64,000 bases of DNA, taken from NCBI GenBank assembly GCA_951406725.2, contig OX597824.1:81592001-81656000 (forward strand), given 5' to 3'. Both the position numbers and the translations under genes were made by a program. Shown here one piece after another: positions 63,569 to 64,000 of this stretch (within the stretch, counting starts at the first letter, position 1; every line of letters starts with the position of its first letter). The DNA is from Octopus vulgaris. Its lineage: Eukaryota. A model generated the notes under the pieces. The model saw nothing but the letters and a program-made list of their open reading frames with translations. It made no database searches and had not been told where the DNA came from.

Positions 63569-63569
<1 letters not shown>
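63167..63569. repeat. ~66-bp inverted repeat with a 270-bp spacer containing GAAACCGGTC
   Basis: 63167-63232 versus 63503-63569; the unit lies between (TA)n tracts. Confidence 0.8.
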
Positions 63570-63644
<75 letters not shown>

Positions 63645-64000
63645 CATACATATATATATATATATATTTGTTTTGCAAGATTTTTAATGCGAAATCGTGT
63701 GTTGAAACAGATATTGTTGTATTTAGGAATGGTCATTTTGCCAGTTTAGCCAATAAAAACACACGCATTATATATTTGGTGTTACTTCGCTTCAGCGTAA
63801 TTTATTTTTTACATTAATCTTAATCTTATTTCGGCCAGAGTTCTTTCGTCACACTACTGTGACCGCATCAGTGGTCCTTTGCTTTCTTCTTTCTTATTTG
63901 TGTGTCTCTCCTTATTAACCGTCAGCCATTTTGTATTTCTATTGTATGTGTCTTCATTTGCGAATGTATCTCTATGTGCGTCTATGTTTAGTTAGTGTGT

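Overview
AT-rich, repeat-saturated eukaryotic DNA. The SINE types and the very high load of (TA)n, (CATA)n, (AAT)n and (CAT)n suggest an octopus (coleoid cephalopod) intergenic region or large intron; this is an inference. I can support no intact host protein-coding exon, rRNA, true tRNA or CRISPR array, and nearly all listed ORFs are microsatellite or SINE read-throughs. Mobile DNA: three tRNA-headed SINE groups (my labels A, B, C) in about 25 copies, a full-length but frameshifted mariner, three Tc1/mariner fragments, two non-autonomous Helitrons, a GG...CC MITE with an 8-bp TSD, an L1/Tx1-type 3' fragment and an internally deleted RTE derivative. Tandem DNA includes a ~7-kb trinucleotide desert with higher-order repeats. 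The most interesting signals are: (1) an apparently intact type I hammerhead ribozyme at 56207-56289 (minus strand), plus decayed relatives and (TA)n-centred palindromes, pointing to Penelope-like element remnants tied to TA microsatellites; (2) two copies of a 558-bp non-coding element sitting inside one (AAT)n array; (3) a 9-unit minisatellite built on Pol III B-boxes; (4) SINE-C multimers that rejoin at the same internal site at three loci; (5) fold-back inverted duplications with GGCC at the junction. All coordinates were read by eye and family assignments rest on motif recognition, not database searches.
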